Below, in pieces: positions 32,583-42,202 of a stretch of DNA of 64,000 nucleotides. Positions within the stretch are counted from its first letter, which is position 1. Each line of letters starts with the position of its first letter. The notes below the pieces were generated by a model. The model was given only the letters and a program-made list of their open reading frames with translations, ran no database searches and was not told where the DNA came from. The position numbers were made by a program, and so were the translations under genes. Source of the DNA: an uncultured delta proteobacterium (lineage in GTDB: Bacteria > Desulfobacterota > Binatia > Binatales > Binataceae). The stretch is from positions 576,001 through 640,000 of the forward strand of contig CAWJET010000001.1 in the NCBI GenBank assembly GCA_963842085.1, written 5' to 3'.

Positions 32583-33767
32583 CAGGCGGAGTTCGCTCAG
32601 GCCTCTAAGCGCCAAGGAGCCGCGGTATTCCAGCTTGGCGGACGGGTCGGCCAATTGCAGGCGTGGGAATTTCTCCAGCATCGATTCGATTGCGATCGCG
32701 CCTTCCAGTCGCGCCAGCGGCGCACCGAGGCAGAAGTGGATTCCCTCGCCGAAGGACACGTGCTCGTTGGGTTCGCGCGCGACGTCAAACTGCTCCGGAT
32801 TTGGGAAGTGTGCGGGGTCGCGGTTGGCGGCGGCTAGAAGAATAAACGCGAGGCTGCCCGCGGGCATCTCAGTGCCGCCGATGTTGGCCGCCGCCGTCGG
32901 TATGCGGAGGGTCATCTGGACGGGCGGGTCATAACGCAGCATCTCTTCGATCGCTGTGGGGATGAGCTGGCGGTTCTCGCGCAGGCGATTTTGCTGCTCG
33001 GGATGGCGGCATAGCGCGAGCAGACCGTTACCTATCAGATTGGTGGTCGTTTCGTTTCCGGCAAGCAGCAGCAATACGACGAATGCGAGCAGCTCGTTTT
33101 CGCTGAGCGCGTCGGATTCGTCACGCGCGGCGATGAGCGCGCTGATCAGATCGTCGGCGGGATTCGCGCTGCGTTGCTTGATCGCGTCGGCCAGGTAGCG
33201 GCGGAGCTCATCTTTGGCCGCTATGCCGGCGGGGGACGGGCCGCTCGCCATGTCCTGGCCGAAGGAACTGACAAGATCGTTGGACCACTTTTTGAACTGC
33301 GCGTGATCGGCGGCCGAGACCCCGAGCAGCTCCGCGATCACAATCACCGGCAGCGGATTGGCCAGCGTGGCCATCGCTTCTACTTCGGATGAGTCAGTTG
33401 CTCGGCCCAGCAGGTCGGCGGTTATCTCCCGGATTCGCGGCTCGAGCTCGCGCACGCGTCTTGGGGTGAAGGCCTTGCTGACCAGGCGTCGCAGGCGGGA
33501 ATGCACGGGCGGATCGGCGGTGAGAATGGTCGGCGCGCCGCCGAAGGGATCGATTCGCTGACGAAACGGAATTTCGGGGCGGCGCACGGTGAAGCGTTCG
33601 TGATCGTGGAGGACGGTGATCACGTCAGCATAGCGGGCCACGAGCGTAGTCGGCATGTAGAGCTTGAGCTGGCGCGGAGGGCCGTCGAGCAGCGCGGGGA
33701 AGTGCGGATAAGGATTGGCACGGAATTCCTGGTCGAAAGGGTTGAAATAGAAATCTTGCTCAGGCAT
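32571..33767 (-). CDS. Cytochrome P450
   Basis: AGNETT, EEMLR and FGEGIHFCLG. Confidence 0.93.
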   Translation of the reverse strand: MPEQDFYFNPFDQEFRANPYPHFPALLDGPPRQLKLYMPTTLVARYADVITVLHDHERFTVRRPEIPFRQRIDPFGGAPTILTADPPVHSRLRRLVSKAFTPRRVRELEPRIREITADLLGRATDSSEVEAMATLANPLPVIVIAELLGVSAADHAQFKKWSNDLVSSFGQDMASGPSPAGIAAKDELRRYLADAIKQRSANPADDLISALIAARDESDALSENELLAFVVLLLLAGNETTTNLIGNGLLALCRHPEQQNRLRENRQLIPTAIEEMLRYDPPVQMTLRIPTAAANIGGTEMPAGSLAFILLAAANRDPAHFPNPEQFDVAREPNEHVSFGEGIHFCLGAPLARLEGAIAIESMLEKFPRLQLADPSAKLEYRGSLALRGLSELRLSAR

Positions 33768-33836
33768 CGGCGCCTCCGAGTGCTACGTCATAACAACGCC
33801 TACGGCGCCGCGAGTCCAGCGGAACTTAATTTAATG

Positions 33837-33929
33837 TGAAACCCGCGGCGGGTTTCAGCAGGGGTGATCGCCACCGGGTCCCTGCACCCGATGGCAAGAG
33901 AAGATGCGGGGCTTCGTCCCTGTTGGAAC
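33837..33929. other. Structured non-coding element of unknown type
   Basis: Near-perfect 21-bp palindrome, an alternative 13-bp stem and an inner stem-loop (see findings). Confidence 0.4.
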
Positions 33930-33938
33930 TTCCTCATT

Positions 33939-33967
33939 TGTCATTCTAGCACGAAGCGAAGAATCCC
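33939..33967. repeat. Degenerate REP-like unit
   Basis: TGTCATTCTAGCACGAAGCGAAGAATCCC is a reverse-orientation relative of the 22.7-kb repeats. Confidence 0.45.
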
Positions 33968-34062
33968 GGATTCTGTTTCCTTGAGCGGGAGCTGACGTTG
34001 ATGCTTTAATCGGCTCCTCAAGCATCCCGGACACGAGCGCTCGGCAAATAGAGGAACCCTTT

Positions 34063-35240
34063 ATGGCCTATGCACCTGACAACCGGCCGATTTACGACGC
34101 CGACAGCCATATCATGGAGCTTCCGGATTTTCTGCAGAAGTATGCGGACCCGGAGCTGTGCAAGGACATCCCGGCGGTAAGTTACAGCGCGTCGCTGGTT
34201 ACTGATGAGGAAGTCGCGGAGATCATGGCGCGCGGCGGACAGCATACTGAGCAGCATGTCGCCGAGATGATCGCACTCGGCGATCGCTTGATCGAAAGCT
34301 CCAAAGAGATCCAGGCGTTGGGCGCCTTTGATGGGCGCGATCGAAGGCTGTGGACATGCTCGGCTTCAAGAAACAGCTCGTGTTCGCGACGCACAGCGTG
34401 GCGATGCCGTTTTCACCGAGCTCGAAGATCGCGCCGAAGCTGCGCTACGGTGCGGCGCGCGCGCACAACCGGCACATGGCGGACTTCTGCGCGCACGACT
34501 CGCGCCTGATGGGGGTGGCGATCGCACCGCTGGACGAGCCGGAACTCGCGCTCGCGGAACTCGAGTTCGCGCTGAAAAGCGGCGCCAGGGCCATCTGGGT
34601 GCCCCATCATGCGTGCGGCGGCAGGTCGCCCGGCCACGTCGAATACGATGCTTTCTGGGCGCGGCTGGTGGAGGCGAACACGCCGTTCGTGATGCATGTC
34701 GGCGGCGCACCGCTGCAACTGGATAAAGCATGGGTGAACAACGGCCGGCCGCCGGTCAAAGACTGGATGGGCGGCGGCGAGAATCTTCGCACCAAGGACG
34801 TCGCCGTGCTGCACCAGGGGCCGGAGACGTTTCTCTCTATGATGTTGATCGACGGCGTCTTCGAGCGTTTTCCGAAGCTCCGCGGCGCATGCGTCGAGCT
34901 GGGCGCGGGATGGGTGCCGTCGCTGCTCGTGCGCCTGGACTGGGTGGCGAGAATTTGGAGCAAGACGGACGCGAACCTGGCGCGCTTCACGCGCAAGCCG
35001 TCCGAACAGCTTACGCAGCAGATGGCATTCACGCCGTTCGTGTTCGAGGACGTTGGAGCGCTTATCGATCAGTCAAACCCGGAGCTGTACCTGTTCTCGA
35101 CCGACTACCCGCACACCGAGGGCGGCCGCAACCCGCTGGCCCGCTTCGAGGCGGCGCTCGGAAATCGACCGGCGGCGATCCGCGATCGGTTCTATTCGGA
35201 AAATTTTCTCCGGATATTTCCGGAAGCACGCGCGTCCTGA
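34063..35240 (+). pseudogene. Amidohydrolase family protein, frameshift near 34345
   Basis: N-terminal DADSHIME in one frame; MHVGG, VELGAGW and FSTDYPH in the next ORF. Confidence 0.8.
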
Positions 35241-35270
35241 CTCGCGGCGACACGACAATCACAGGGATTT

Positions 35271-35302
35271 AGCGGCGGCGGACTTGAGAGTCCGCCGCCG
35301 CT
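35271..35302. terminator. Strong hairpin between convergent genes
   Basis: AGCGGCGGCGGACT-TGAG-AGTCCGCCGCCGCT. Confidence 0.65.
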
Positions 35303-35334
35303 TGGGCATCAGCACGCATTTGCTCGATGCTCGA

Positions 35335-36342
35335 TCAAACCTGGGCGCGGCTCGGGCGCATCCGGAGCATTTGCCTCAGGCCTAAGGTTGTCGAGCGCGA
35401 GTCGCGAACGCATTCGCGGAGCACCCCAAGATAGCTGCGGGTGAGGTGAACCGACTCCTTGAACTCCGACTTCGACATCAGCACCCGATGGAGTTCCGGC
35501 AACCGATAGAACGGTACGCTCGGGTAGAAGTGATGCTCGATGTGGTAGTTGACGTTCTTCGGGGCGACGAACACATGCTCGAGTATGGACGCGCGTATTG
35601 ACCTGGTCTGTGCGTAGGCGTTGGACCTGCCCCCGATGGCGGAATGCTCGGCGATGCTGCGGACGCGGAAAATTACGATGAGCCAGGTGAACAACGGAAC
35701 AAACCAGTACATCAGGAGAAGATGAAGCGCGCCGAACCAGGCGAACACCAGCAGCACCGCGGCGTAGAAGCCGTAGCGCGCGACCAGAAAACCGCGGCTC
35801 ACGCCGGTATTCCGCGACAGAAGAGTTCGCGCCAGCTTGAGATAGAAAATCGCGCCCAGCCCGGACACGTCGCGCAGCAACAGCATCGCGAGCCTAACCC
35901 AGTGCCTGGGAAATACCCACGTCGCATCGCCCTGGCGGCGGGCCCAGTCGGGATCCTGAGCGGTATTCAGATAGCGATGATGCGCGAAGTGGTTCTTGCG
36001 ATACGCGCGCGCCGAGATCAGGTTCGGCCATGCCAGAATGATCTCGGCGGTCCAGTCATTGAGGCGCCGGTCGCGGAACAACCGATAGTGAACGCCGTCG
36101 TGCATCAGGATGAGCAGCGCGTGTTGCCGCGCCCCAATGAATGCCACGGTCAGCAGGTACACGACGAGGTTGAAGTGGCGTTGGCAGAGACAGATGGCGG
36201 TCAGTATCAGCGTCCATTCAGCAAGGATATGAAGAGTACTTCTCAGCGGGCTATGAGCCGACAAATCTCGCAGCTCATCTTTGGTCAGCTTGATCGGAAT
36301 GGCGCCGTCAAAATCGTCCGACGGGCGATCCAGTGCGCTCAT
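35335..36342 (-). CDS. Membrane fatty acid desaturase family protein
   Basis: His boxes HDGVH, HFAHH, AEH and HIEHH, with TM segments. Confidence 0.9.
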   Translation of the reverse strand: MSALDRPSDDFDGAIPIKLTKDELRDLSAHSPLRSTLHILAEWTLILTAICLCQRHFNLVVYLLTVAFIGARQHALLILMHDGVHYRLFRDRRLNDWTAEIILAWPNLISARAYRKNHFAHHRYLNTAQDPDWARRQGDATWVFPRHWVRLAMLLLRDVSGLGAIFYLKLARTLLSRNTGVSRGFLVARYGFYAAVLLVFAWFGALHLLLMYWFVPLFTWLIVIFRVRSIAEHSAIGGRSNAYAQTRSIRASILEHVFVAPKNVNYHIEHHFYPSVPFYRLPELHRVLMSKSEFKESVHLTRSYLGVLRECVRDSRSTTLGLRQMLRMRPSRAQV

Positions 36343-36421
36343 TTGCTAGATCGATGTTCATATTTTTTCCTCTGTCTTTTTCATTTTGGGAAACTGTTCG
36401 CCGGATCGTTGTAGGACGAAT

Positions 36422-37105
36422 TCAGGCCTGGGCCTGGGCGGCAGCCATCTCCTCGATTCGCTGCGGATAGCGACTCGCTGCCGGCCTCAACCGATCGGAA
36501 TTGCCGAACCGAATAGTCAGGTAGTTGTCCGAAGTTTCGATCCTCAAGCGGTGAACGTTTGCGGTCAGCCTTGCCAGCGCTTCGCCTTCGAGGATCATCG
36601 GCTGAACCCACAGTCGGCCCTGGTCGGGACCTTCGAGATACGGATATTCGACGGGCGTTCCCGCATTGACGAATCCCATCGCCGCGTAGAATCCGGCGTG
36701 ATCGGATCTCCCGACCGCCAGGTACACGAGCACCGCCCGCGGGTTTCGTCGAACCACTTGAACCGCGATGCCGCGCCACGCCTGCATCCCCGCGCCTCGC
36801 GACAGCGACCAATGATCGCTGCATTCCAGCACCGACCGCGGCGCGTAGCGCGAAAGATCAGGCTGCTCGCAGCTTTGCGGAAAGGTCTCGAGATCGTGGA
36901 GCGCGACGCCCGCCGTCATGCGCTCGGCCGGGTCACGTTCCGTTTCGAACAATGCGTAGACGTCCGCGGCCGCGAGACGAACCGTGTTTGACGTATGCGT
37001 GCGGCCAACGTCTCTGAAGCAGGCTCCGTGCAGAGCGCGCGCATCGGCGAGGCGCTGGGCGAAAACGTTTCGATCGCCTTCTGTGGTTAAGAGGCGCATT
37101 TCCAT
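36422..37105 (-). CDS. Putative GNAT-fold acyltransferase (N-acyl synthase-like)
   Basis: AAAAGGAG RBS before ATG 37105; VLECSDHW, SRGAG and HAGFYAAMGFVNAG resemble GNAT motifs as in FeeM/LuxI-like enzymes. Confidence 0.55.
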   Translation of the reverse strand: MEMRLLTTEGDRNVFAQRLADARALHGACFRDVGRTHTSNTVRLAAADVYALFETERDPAERMTAGVALHDLETFPQSCEQPDLSRYAPRSVLECSDHWSLSRGAGMQAWRGIAVQVVRRNPRAVLVYLAVGRSDHAGFYAAMGFVNAGTPVEYPYLEGPDQGRLWVQPMILEGEALARLTANVHRLRIETSDNYLTIRFGNSDRLRPAASRYPQRIEEMAAAQAQA

Positions 37106-37314
37106 TGAATGTCTCCTTTTTGAGTTGTTTGAGCGATTGCGGAATGGAGGGTAGGGTGTAGATGGTACGGGGCGGCCCGCGGTTCTTCGCCGGCCGTATC
37201 GGAAGGAACGGACGTCGATGCTGCGCAACAACAAGTTGACACATTTGTGCGCCGGTGTTCGAAAAAAATTCAGTCATTGAAAAGAATAACGCCAGGTCAC
37301 TTTTTTGCTTGATT

Positions 37315-37449
37315 CGCTAACATATAGTCAACCGCTAACATCGATTATTGAATCGCGGGGCCTCCTCCGGTTGCACAATGCAACCAAGCAGGGATTTTCC
37401 TTTCCGCTAACTCCGTGCTTAACTGGAGTTAGCGTTAGCAGCACTTAGC
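37315..37449. promoter_or_regulatory. Array of GCTAAC/GTTAGC boxes and palindromes in the divergent promoter region
   Basis: CGCTAAC at 37315, 37333 and 37405; GTTAGC at 37428 and 37434; palindrome GGTTGCA-CAA-TGCAACC at 37369-37385. Confidence 0.55.
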
Positions 37450-37537
37450 TTGGCTGTTTCTATGGACTCGATGACGGGTTTGCAGAAGGATCGCGACAAC
37501 TAGAGCAACCAAAAAAAGTTTTTCGCCGTTCGATCAA

Positions 37538-38305
37538 TTGGCTGCCGACATCGTCAAGGCTGGCAGGGCTTCGCGCCCGGCCTCGGCGCCTGGCCGCAGC
37601 GTTCCTGCGGAAATTCGATTTCTCGAGCAATGCGACTACGGACGCACGCTACGCAAATCGTTCGGGCGCTCCGAGGTTCGGGAGATAGTCGCGGAAGCGA
37701 GAAGCGCCGTCTGGCCGCATTTGAACGCCGAATCCGTGAGACTGGTTTCGCCCAGGGAGTTTACGCGGCTCTGGTCGGGGTTGGGAGTTCGGTTCCAGAT
37801 GGCAAAACTCAGTGGCGCGGAGGGGCTTGGCCTGTTGGGTTTTTACGTGCGCAAAATTGGGGCGTCGCAGTTGCCGTTGATCTGCGTGAACACCGCGCAT
37901 CATCCCGCTGCGGTCGGCGCGGCGTTTTCGCACGAAATGGGCCATCACGTGATCGGACGGCTGTTTGATTCGCGCAAAAAACACGTTCAGTTCCTGGCCG
38001 ATGCCTTTGCAGAACATCTGAACGAACCGGAAGAACTGGCGGCTGACATGCTAGTGAGCCTGGGCGTGTTCCCCGAAGGAATCGCGCGAAAGATTTTCAT
38101 GAAACCGGAGAAAGGAAGCCCATCTAAATCCGCTGCCGAAGAACTCCCGGATTCAGTCTCCGCGAAGGTGCTCAAATACTTTGAATGTCGATACGGTCTT
38201 AGTCTCGGCGAGCCGGGTCCCTCTGCCAGGAAGCTTCAGTACCTGGCGGCTGTGGTTCATTTTGCAAAATTAAGACGCGCCATCCTCACCGAATACGACA
38301 TTTGA
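37538..38305 (+). CDS. ImmA/IrrE-like Zn metallopeptidase domain protein (start uncertain)
   Basis: ICVN...AAFSHEMGHH (HExxH) and a downstream EELAAD. Confidence 0.7.
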   Translation: MAADIVKAGRASRPASAPGRSVPAEIRFLEQCDYGRTLRKSFGRSEVREIVAEARSAVWPHLNAESVRLVSPREFTRLWSGLGVRFQMAKLSGAEGLGLLGFYVRKIGASQLPLICVNTAHHPAAVGAAFSHEMGHHVIGRLFDSRKKHVQFLADAFAEHLNEPEELAADMLVSLGVFPEGIARKIFMKPEKGSPSKSAAEELPDSVSAKVLKYFECRYGLSLGEPGPSARKLQYLAAVVHFAKLRRAILTEYDI

Positions 38306-38528
38306 ACTCGGACATCTTCTGTCGCGTCCAAAGCCGCCGGAGTTGCCGTAATGCCCGGTCGCGGCATCCTGATCGATGACGCGACAATTGCGCCAATTCG
38401 TATTAGATCATCGCCAAGGCGGCTGTGAACCGTCCCTGTACGTGAATCCGATTTACTTTTAGGATCACATTCGGTGCTTTTCAGCAGACGCAGAGGAATG
38501 CTGATCGACGCAACGGAGGAGAGGATAC

Positions 38529-39740
38529 ATGGAACTGGCACCCAAGCGGGCCGGATTCGTGCCCGAACGAATCAACCGGATTACCGACCACCTCGACAAG
38601 AACTACGTCGCGCCCGGCAAAATCGCCGGATGCCAGACGCTGGTGGCGAGGCACGGCCACGTTGCTTATTTCAAATCGCAAGGCCTGATGGACCGCGAGC
38701 GCCGCAAGCCGGTGACGGACGATACGATCTTCCGGCTGTATTCGATGACCAAGCCGATCACGTCGGTGGCGCTGATGACGCTCTACGAGCAGGGTCACTT
38801 CCAGCTCAACGATCCGGTGTCGCGCTTCATTCCGGCGTGGCGTGAGCACAAGGTGTGGGTCGCAGGCGAAGGCGCAAGCATGGAGACTGCGGCGCCGGTT
38901 CGGCCGATGACGATGCGTAACGTGCTCAGCCACACCGGCGGACTTACCTACGGCGCGACCAATCATCCCGTTGACCGCGCCTATCGCGACGCGGGAGTAG
39001 GACGCGGCGCGGGCGAGACGCTGAGCGGTTTTGCGGACAAGCTGGCGAAGGTGCCGCTGCGCTATCAGCCGGGAGAGCGATGGATGTATTCGCTCTCGAC
39101 CGACGTGTGCGGTTACCTGGTCGAGGCGATTTCCGGAAAGCGCTTCGACCAATATTTGCAGGAGACGATTTTCGATCCGCTCGACATGAACGACACTTCG
39201 TTCATGGTCGCGCCGCGCAAGGCCGACCGCTTTGCCGCGAACTATGAGCGGCAGGCCGACAAAACGCTGAAGCTGATCGACGATCCGGAGCGCAGCAACT
39301 ATCTGAACCAGCCCACGTTCTTTTCGGGCGGCGGAGGATTGACCGGCACGACTGCCGACTATCTGCGCTTCTGCGAGATGCTGCGGCGCGGCGGCGAGCT
39401 GGACGGCGCGCGCATCCTGGGACCTCGCACCATCGAGCTGATGCATCGCAACCATCTTGCCGGCGGCAAAGATCTGAGCGCGATGGCGATTGGCGCGTTC
39501 TCGGAAACCGCGTACGAAGGCGTCGGTTTCGGCCTGGGCTTCGCGATGACGCTCGGCCAGGTCGAGGCGGGTGCGCTCGGCGGCGGCGAGTACTACTGGG
39601 GCGGCGCGGCCTCAACAATCTTCTGGGTCGACCCGAAAGAGGACATGGTCGCGATTTTCATGACGCAGTTGATGCCGTCGGCCACCTTCAACTTCCGCGG
39701 ACAACTCAGGAATATCATCTATTCGGCCATCGTCGAGTGA
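38529..39740 (+). CDS. Serine hydrolase, beta-lactamase class C / EstB-like
   Basis: SMTK, LSHTGG, YS, GGGGL and WGG. Confidence 0.9.
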   Translation: MELAPKRAGFVPERINRITDHLDKNYVAPGKIAGCQTLVARHGHVAYFKSQGLMDRERRKPVTDDTIFRLYSMTKPITSVALMTLYEQGHFQLNDPVSRFIPAWREHKVWVAGEGASMETAAPVRPMTMRNVLSHTGGLTYGATNHPVDRAYRDAGVGRGAGETLSGFADKLAKVPLRYQPGERWMYSLSTDVCGYLVEAISGKRFDQYLQETIFDPLDMNDTSFMVAPRKADRFAANYERQADKTLKLIDDPERSNYLNQPTFFSGGGGLTGTTADYLRFCEMLRRGGELDGARILGPRTIELMHRNHLAGGKDLSAMAIGAFSETAYEGVGFGLGFAMTLGQVEAGALGGGEYYWGGAASTIFWVDPKEDMVAIFMTQLMPSATFNFRGQLRNIIYSAIVE

Positions 39741-39777
39741 TGCGCGCCGCCGGTGGCAAAGTGATTGGAGGTGAGCG

Positions 39778-40740
39778 ATGAAGGCTGCAGTCTACTATCA
39801 GAACGGCGGGCCCGAAGTTCTCAAGTACGAGGACGTTCCCGATCCCGAGTGCCATCCGAAGGGCGTAGTGATTCGCGTCGAGGCGGTGAGTATCGAGGGC
39901 GGCGACACGCTCAATCGCTGGCACGGCGCGCTGTCCAGCAAGCCCCATGTTGTTGGCTACCAGGCCGGCGGCGAGATCGTCGAGGTCGGCGCGGAGGTGA
40001 AGGACCTGAAGTTAGGACAGAAGGTCACCACCGTTAATGCCATGGGCTCGCACGCCGCGTTGCGCTCGGTGCCGGCGCGCAATGCGTGGCCGGTGCCGAA
40101 GGGATTCGACATCAAGCTGGCCGCGGCCATACCCGTGCCTTTCGGCACCGCGGACGATTGCCTGTTCGAGTTCGGGCGGTTGAAGGCGGGCGAGACGGTG
40201 CTGGTGCAGGCGGGCGCGAGCGGCGTGGGAGTTGCAGCAATACAGCTAGCCAAGCGGGCGGGCGCGACCGTGCTCGCGACGGCCTCGAGCAACGAGCGGC
40301 TGGAACGGCTGAAGCCGCTGGGTCTCGATCATGGGATCAACTATAAGACTGATGACGTCGTCAAGTCGGTGATGAAGATAACCCGCAACCGGGGCGTCGA
40401 CCTTGTCGTTGACCCCGTAGGCGGTGCGACGTTGCAAGGCAGCCTGCTATCGCTCGCCTATCGCGGGCGCGTGTCGATGGTCGGTGCGGCCGGCCGCGAA
40501 GCGATGACGATAGACGTCTCCTCGCTGATGGCGGGCAACCGCTCCTTGACCGGAGTTTTCCTGGGAGCGGAGATCGGCACCGATCGTGCGCATAACATGA
40601 TACAGCGCCTGATCGACGAGGCCGCGCGCGGCGAATTGAAGGTCGTGATCGATCGAACCTTCCCGCTGTCGGAGGCCGCCGCCGCCCACGCTTACATCGA
40701 AAGCCGGCAGGCGGTCGGCAGGGTTCTCCTAATCCCTTAG
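39778..40740 (+). CDS. MDR-family quinone oxidoreductase
   Basis: GGPEVL, AGASGVG and DPVGG. Confidence 0.88.
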   Translation: MKAAVYYQNGGPEVLKYEDVPDPECHPKGVVIRVEAVSIEGGDTLNRWHGALSSKPHVVGYQAGGEIVEVGAEVKDLKLGQKVTTVNAMGSHAALRSVPARNAWPVPKGFDIKLAAAIPVPFGTADDCLFEFGRLKAGETVLVQAGASGVGVAAIQLAKRAGATVLATASSNERLERLKPLGLDHGINYKTDDVVKSVMKITRNRGVDLVVDPVGGATLQGSLLSLAYRGRVSMVGAAGREAMTIDVSSLMAGNRSLTGVFLGAEIGTDRAHNMIQRLIDEAARGELKVVIDRTFPLSEAAAAHAYIESRQAVGRVLLIP

Positions 40741-40824
40741 GGGTCACCATCTTCGCGGATTCAGCTGGCGAAGAATGCCGGCGGCAACGAAAGCAAAGAC
40801 TCGTTCCAGGAAGAGATCTCGCCG

Positions 40825-41544
40825 CTAGGCCGCAAATATCTCTTCGAAGAAGTCGGCCATAGCCTTCCACGATCGCGCGTCCACGAGCTTGTTGTATCCG
40901 ATGCCGGGCATCCCGAGGCTGTCGGACTGCGGATTCGTAAAGCCGTGCTTTGCGCCTCCGTAGGTAGTGATCTGCCAGTCCGCACCGGCTTTGGTCATTT
41001 CGGCGGCCAAGGCAATGACCTGCTCGACCGGCACCAAGGTGTCGTCGGCACCGGTGCAGACGAGAATTTTCGCCTTGACCTTTCCAGCCTCGGCGGGTCG
41101 CTGTGTCTGTAGGCCGCCGTGAAAGCTGACGATGCCCCTGAGCGCCGCGCCGTCGCGAGCGAGTTCGAGCGAGAATGTGCCGCCCATGCAGAATCCGATC
41201 GCGGCCAATCGACCAGCGTCGGTCTGGGGAACTGAAGCGAGATAATCCAGAGCGGCGCGGGCGCGTTTGCGAAGTTCTGCCGGATCAGTAAACAGCGGGG
41301 TCGCAAGCTTCATCGCCTCGGGCAGGCTGGATACCTCGATTCCGTTGCCGTACGGGTCTCCCGCGAAAGCCACGTAGCCCAAAGCCGCCAGGCGCTCGGC
41401 GCGCTTCTTTGCATGCTCGCCCAAGCCGAACGCCTCAGGCATCACGAGAACTCCGGGCCGCTTGCCGGATTTCGTGTCGTCGAAAGCGAGATAGCCGCGA
41501 AGCGTTACGTCGCCGTCCTTGTATTCGATCGTTTCTGTCTTCAT
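40825..41544 (-). CDS. Dienelactone hydrolase family protein
   Basis: GFCMGG, SFHG and HGF. Confidence 0.9.
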   Translation of the reverse strand: MKTETIEYKDGDVTLRGYLAFDDTKSGKRPGVLVMPEAFGLGEHAKKRAERLAALGYVAFAGDPYGNGIEVSSLPEAMKLATPLFTDPAELRKRARAALDYLASVPQTDAGRLAAIGFCMGGTFSLELARDGAALRGIVSFHGGLQTQRPAEAGKVKAKILVCTGADDTLVPVEQVIALAAEMTKAGADWQITTYGGAKHGFTNPQSDSLGMPGIGYNKLVDARSWKAMADFFEEIFAA

Positions 41545-41707
41545 GCGAGTCTCCGATGGTTGTGGATCAGGCGCCATCTTGCACGATTCGGCCATTTTCT
41601 GAAAGCCGCGAAATAGTTGTAAGTTAACCCATCGAGGGTCGCGGAAGGCGCAATCGATTCGGCGCCGAGATTCGCCGCGCGACGAGAGTTCTGCTAGGAG
41701 CTTGGTT

Positions 41708-42202
41708 ATGGCAGATCCCGATTTCAGTCAGTTCAAGCTCGTGCACAAAGGGCATTCGTTTGAAGAGTTTCACCAAGGCCAGGTCTTCGAGCATCACTGG
41801 GGCCGCACGATCAACGCCGGCGACAATTCGATTTTCACCACCGCGACGCTCGCGCATTGCCCGCTGTACTTCAACGCCGAGTATGCGCGCGCGCACGGGC
41901 ATCCCGATGTGGTGGTTAATCCGATGCTCGTAGCGTGCACGGTGGTCGGCATCTCGGTCGAGGATTTGAGCGAAGCCGGCGGGCCCTTTCTCGGCATCAA
42001 CAATCTGGAATTTCACCGCCCGGTCTATCCCGGCGATACGCTGACCGCGCGCAGCACCGTCGTCTCCACGCGCGAATCCGCCAGCCGCGGAAATTTCGGA
42101 ATCGTCACCTGGCGCACCGAAGCGCGCAATCAACGCGACGAGCTCGTCGTCAGCTACGAGCGGACCAACCTCGTCGCCAAACGCAGAGGAGCGCCACTGT
42201 GA
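41708..42202 (+). CDS. MaoC-family dehydratase
   Basis: FEEFHQGQVFEHHWGRTI and PVYPGDTL. Confidence 0.88.
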   Translation: MADPDFSQFKLVHKGHSFEEFHQGQVFEHHWGRTINAGDNSIFTTATLAHCPLYFNAEYARAHGHPDVVVNPMLVACTVVGISVEDLSEAGGPFLGINNLEFHRPVYPGDTLTARSTVVSTRESASRGNFGIVTWRTEARNQRDELVVSYERTNLVAKRRGAPL

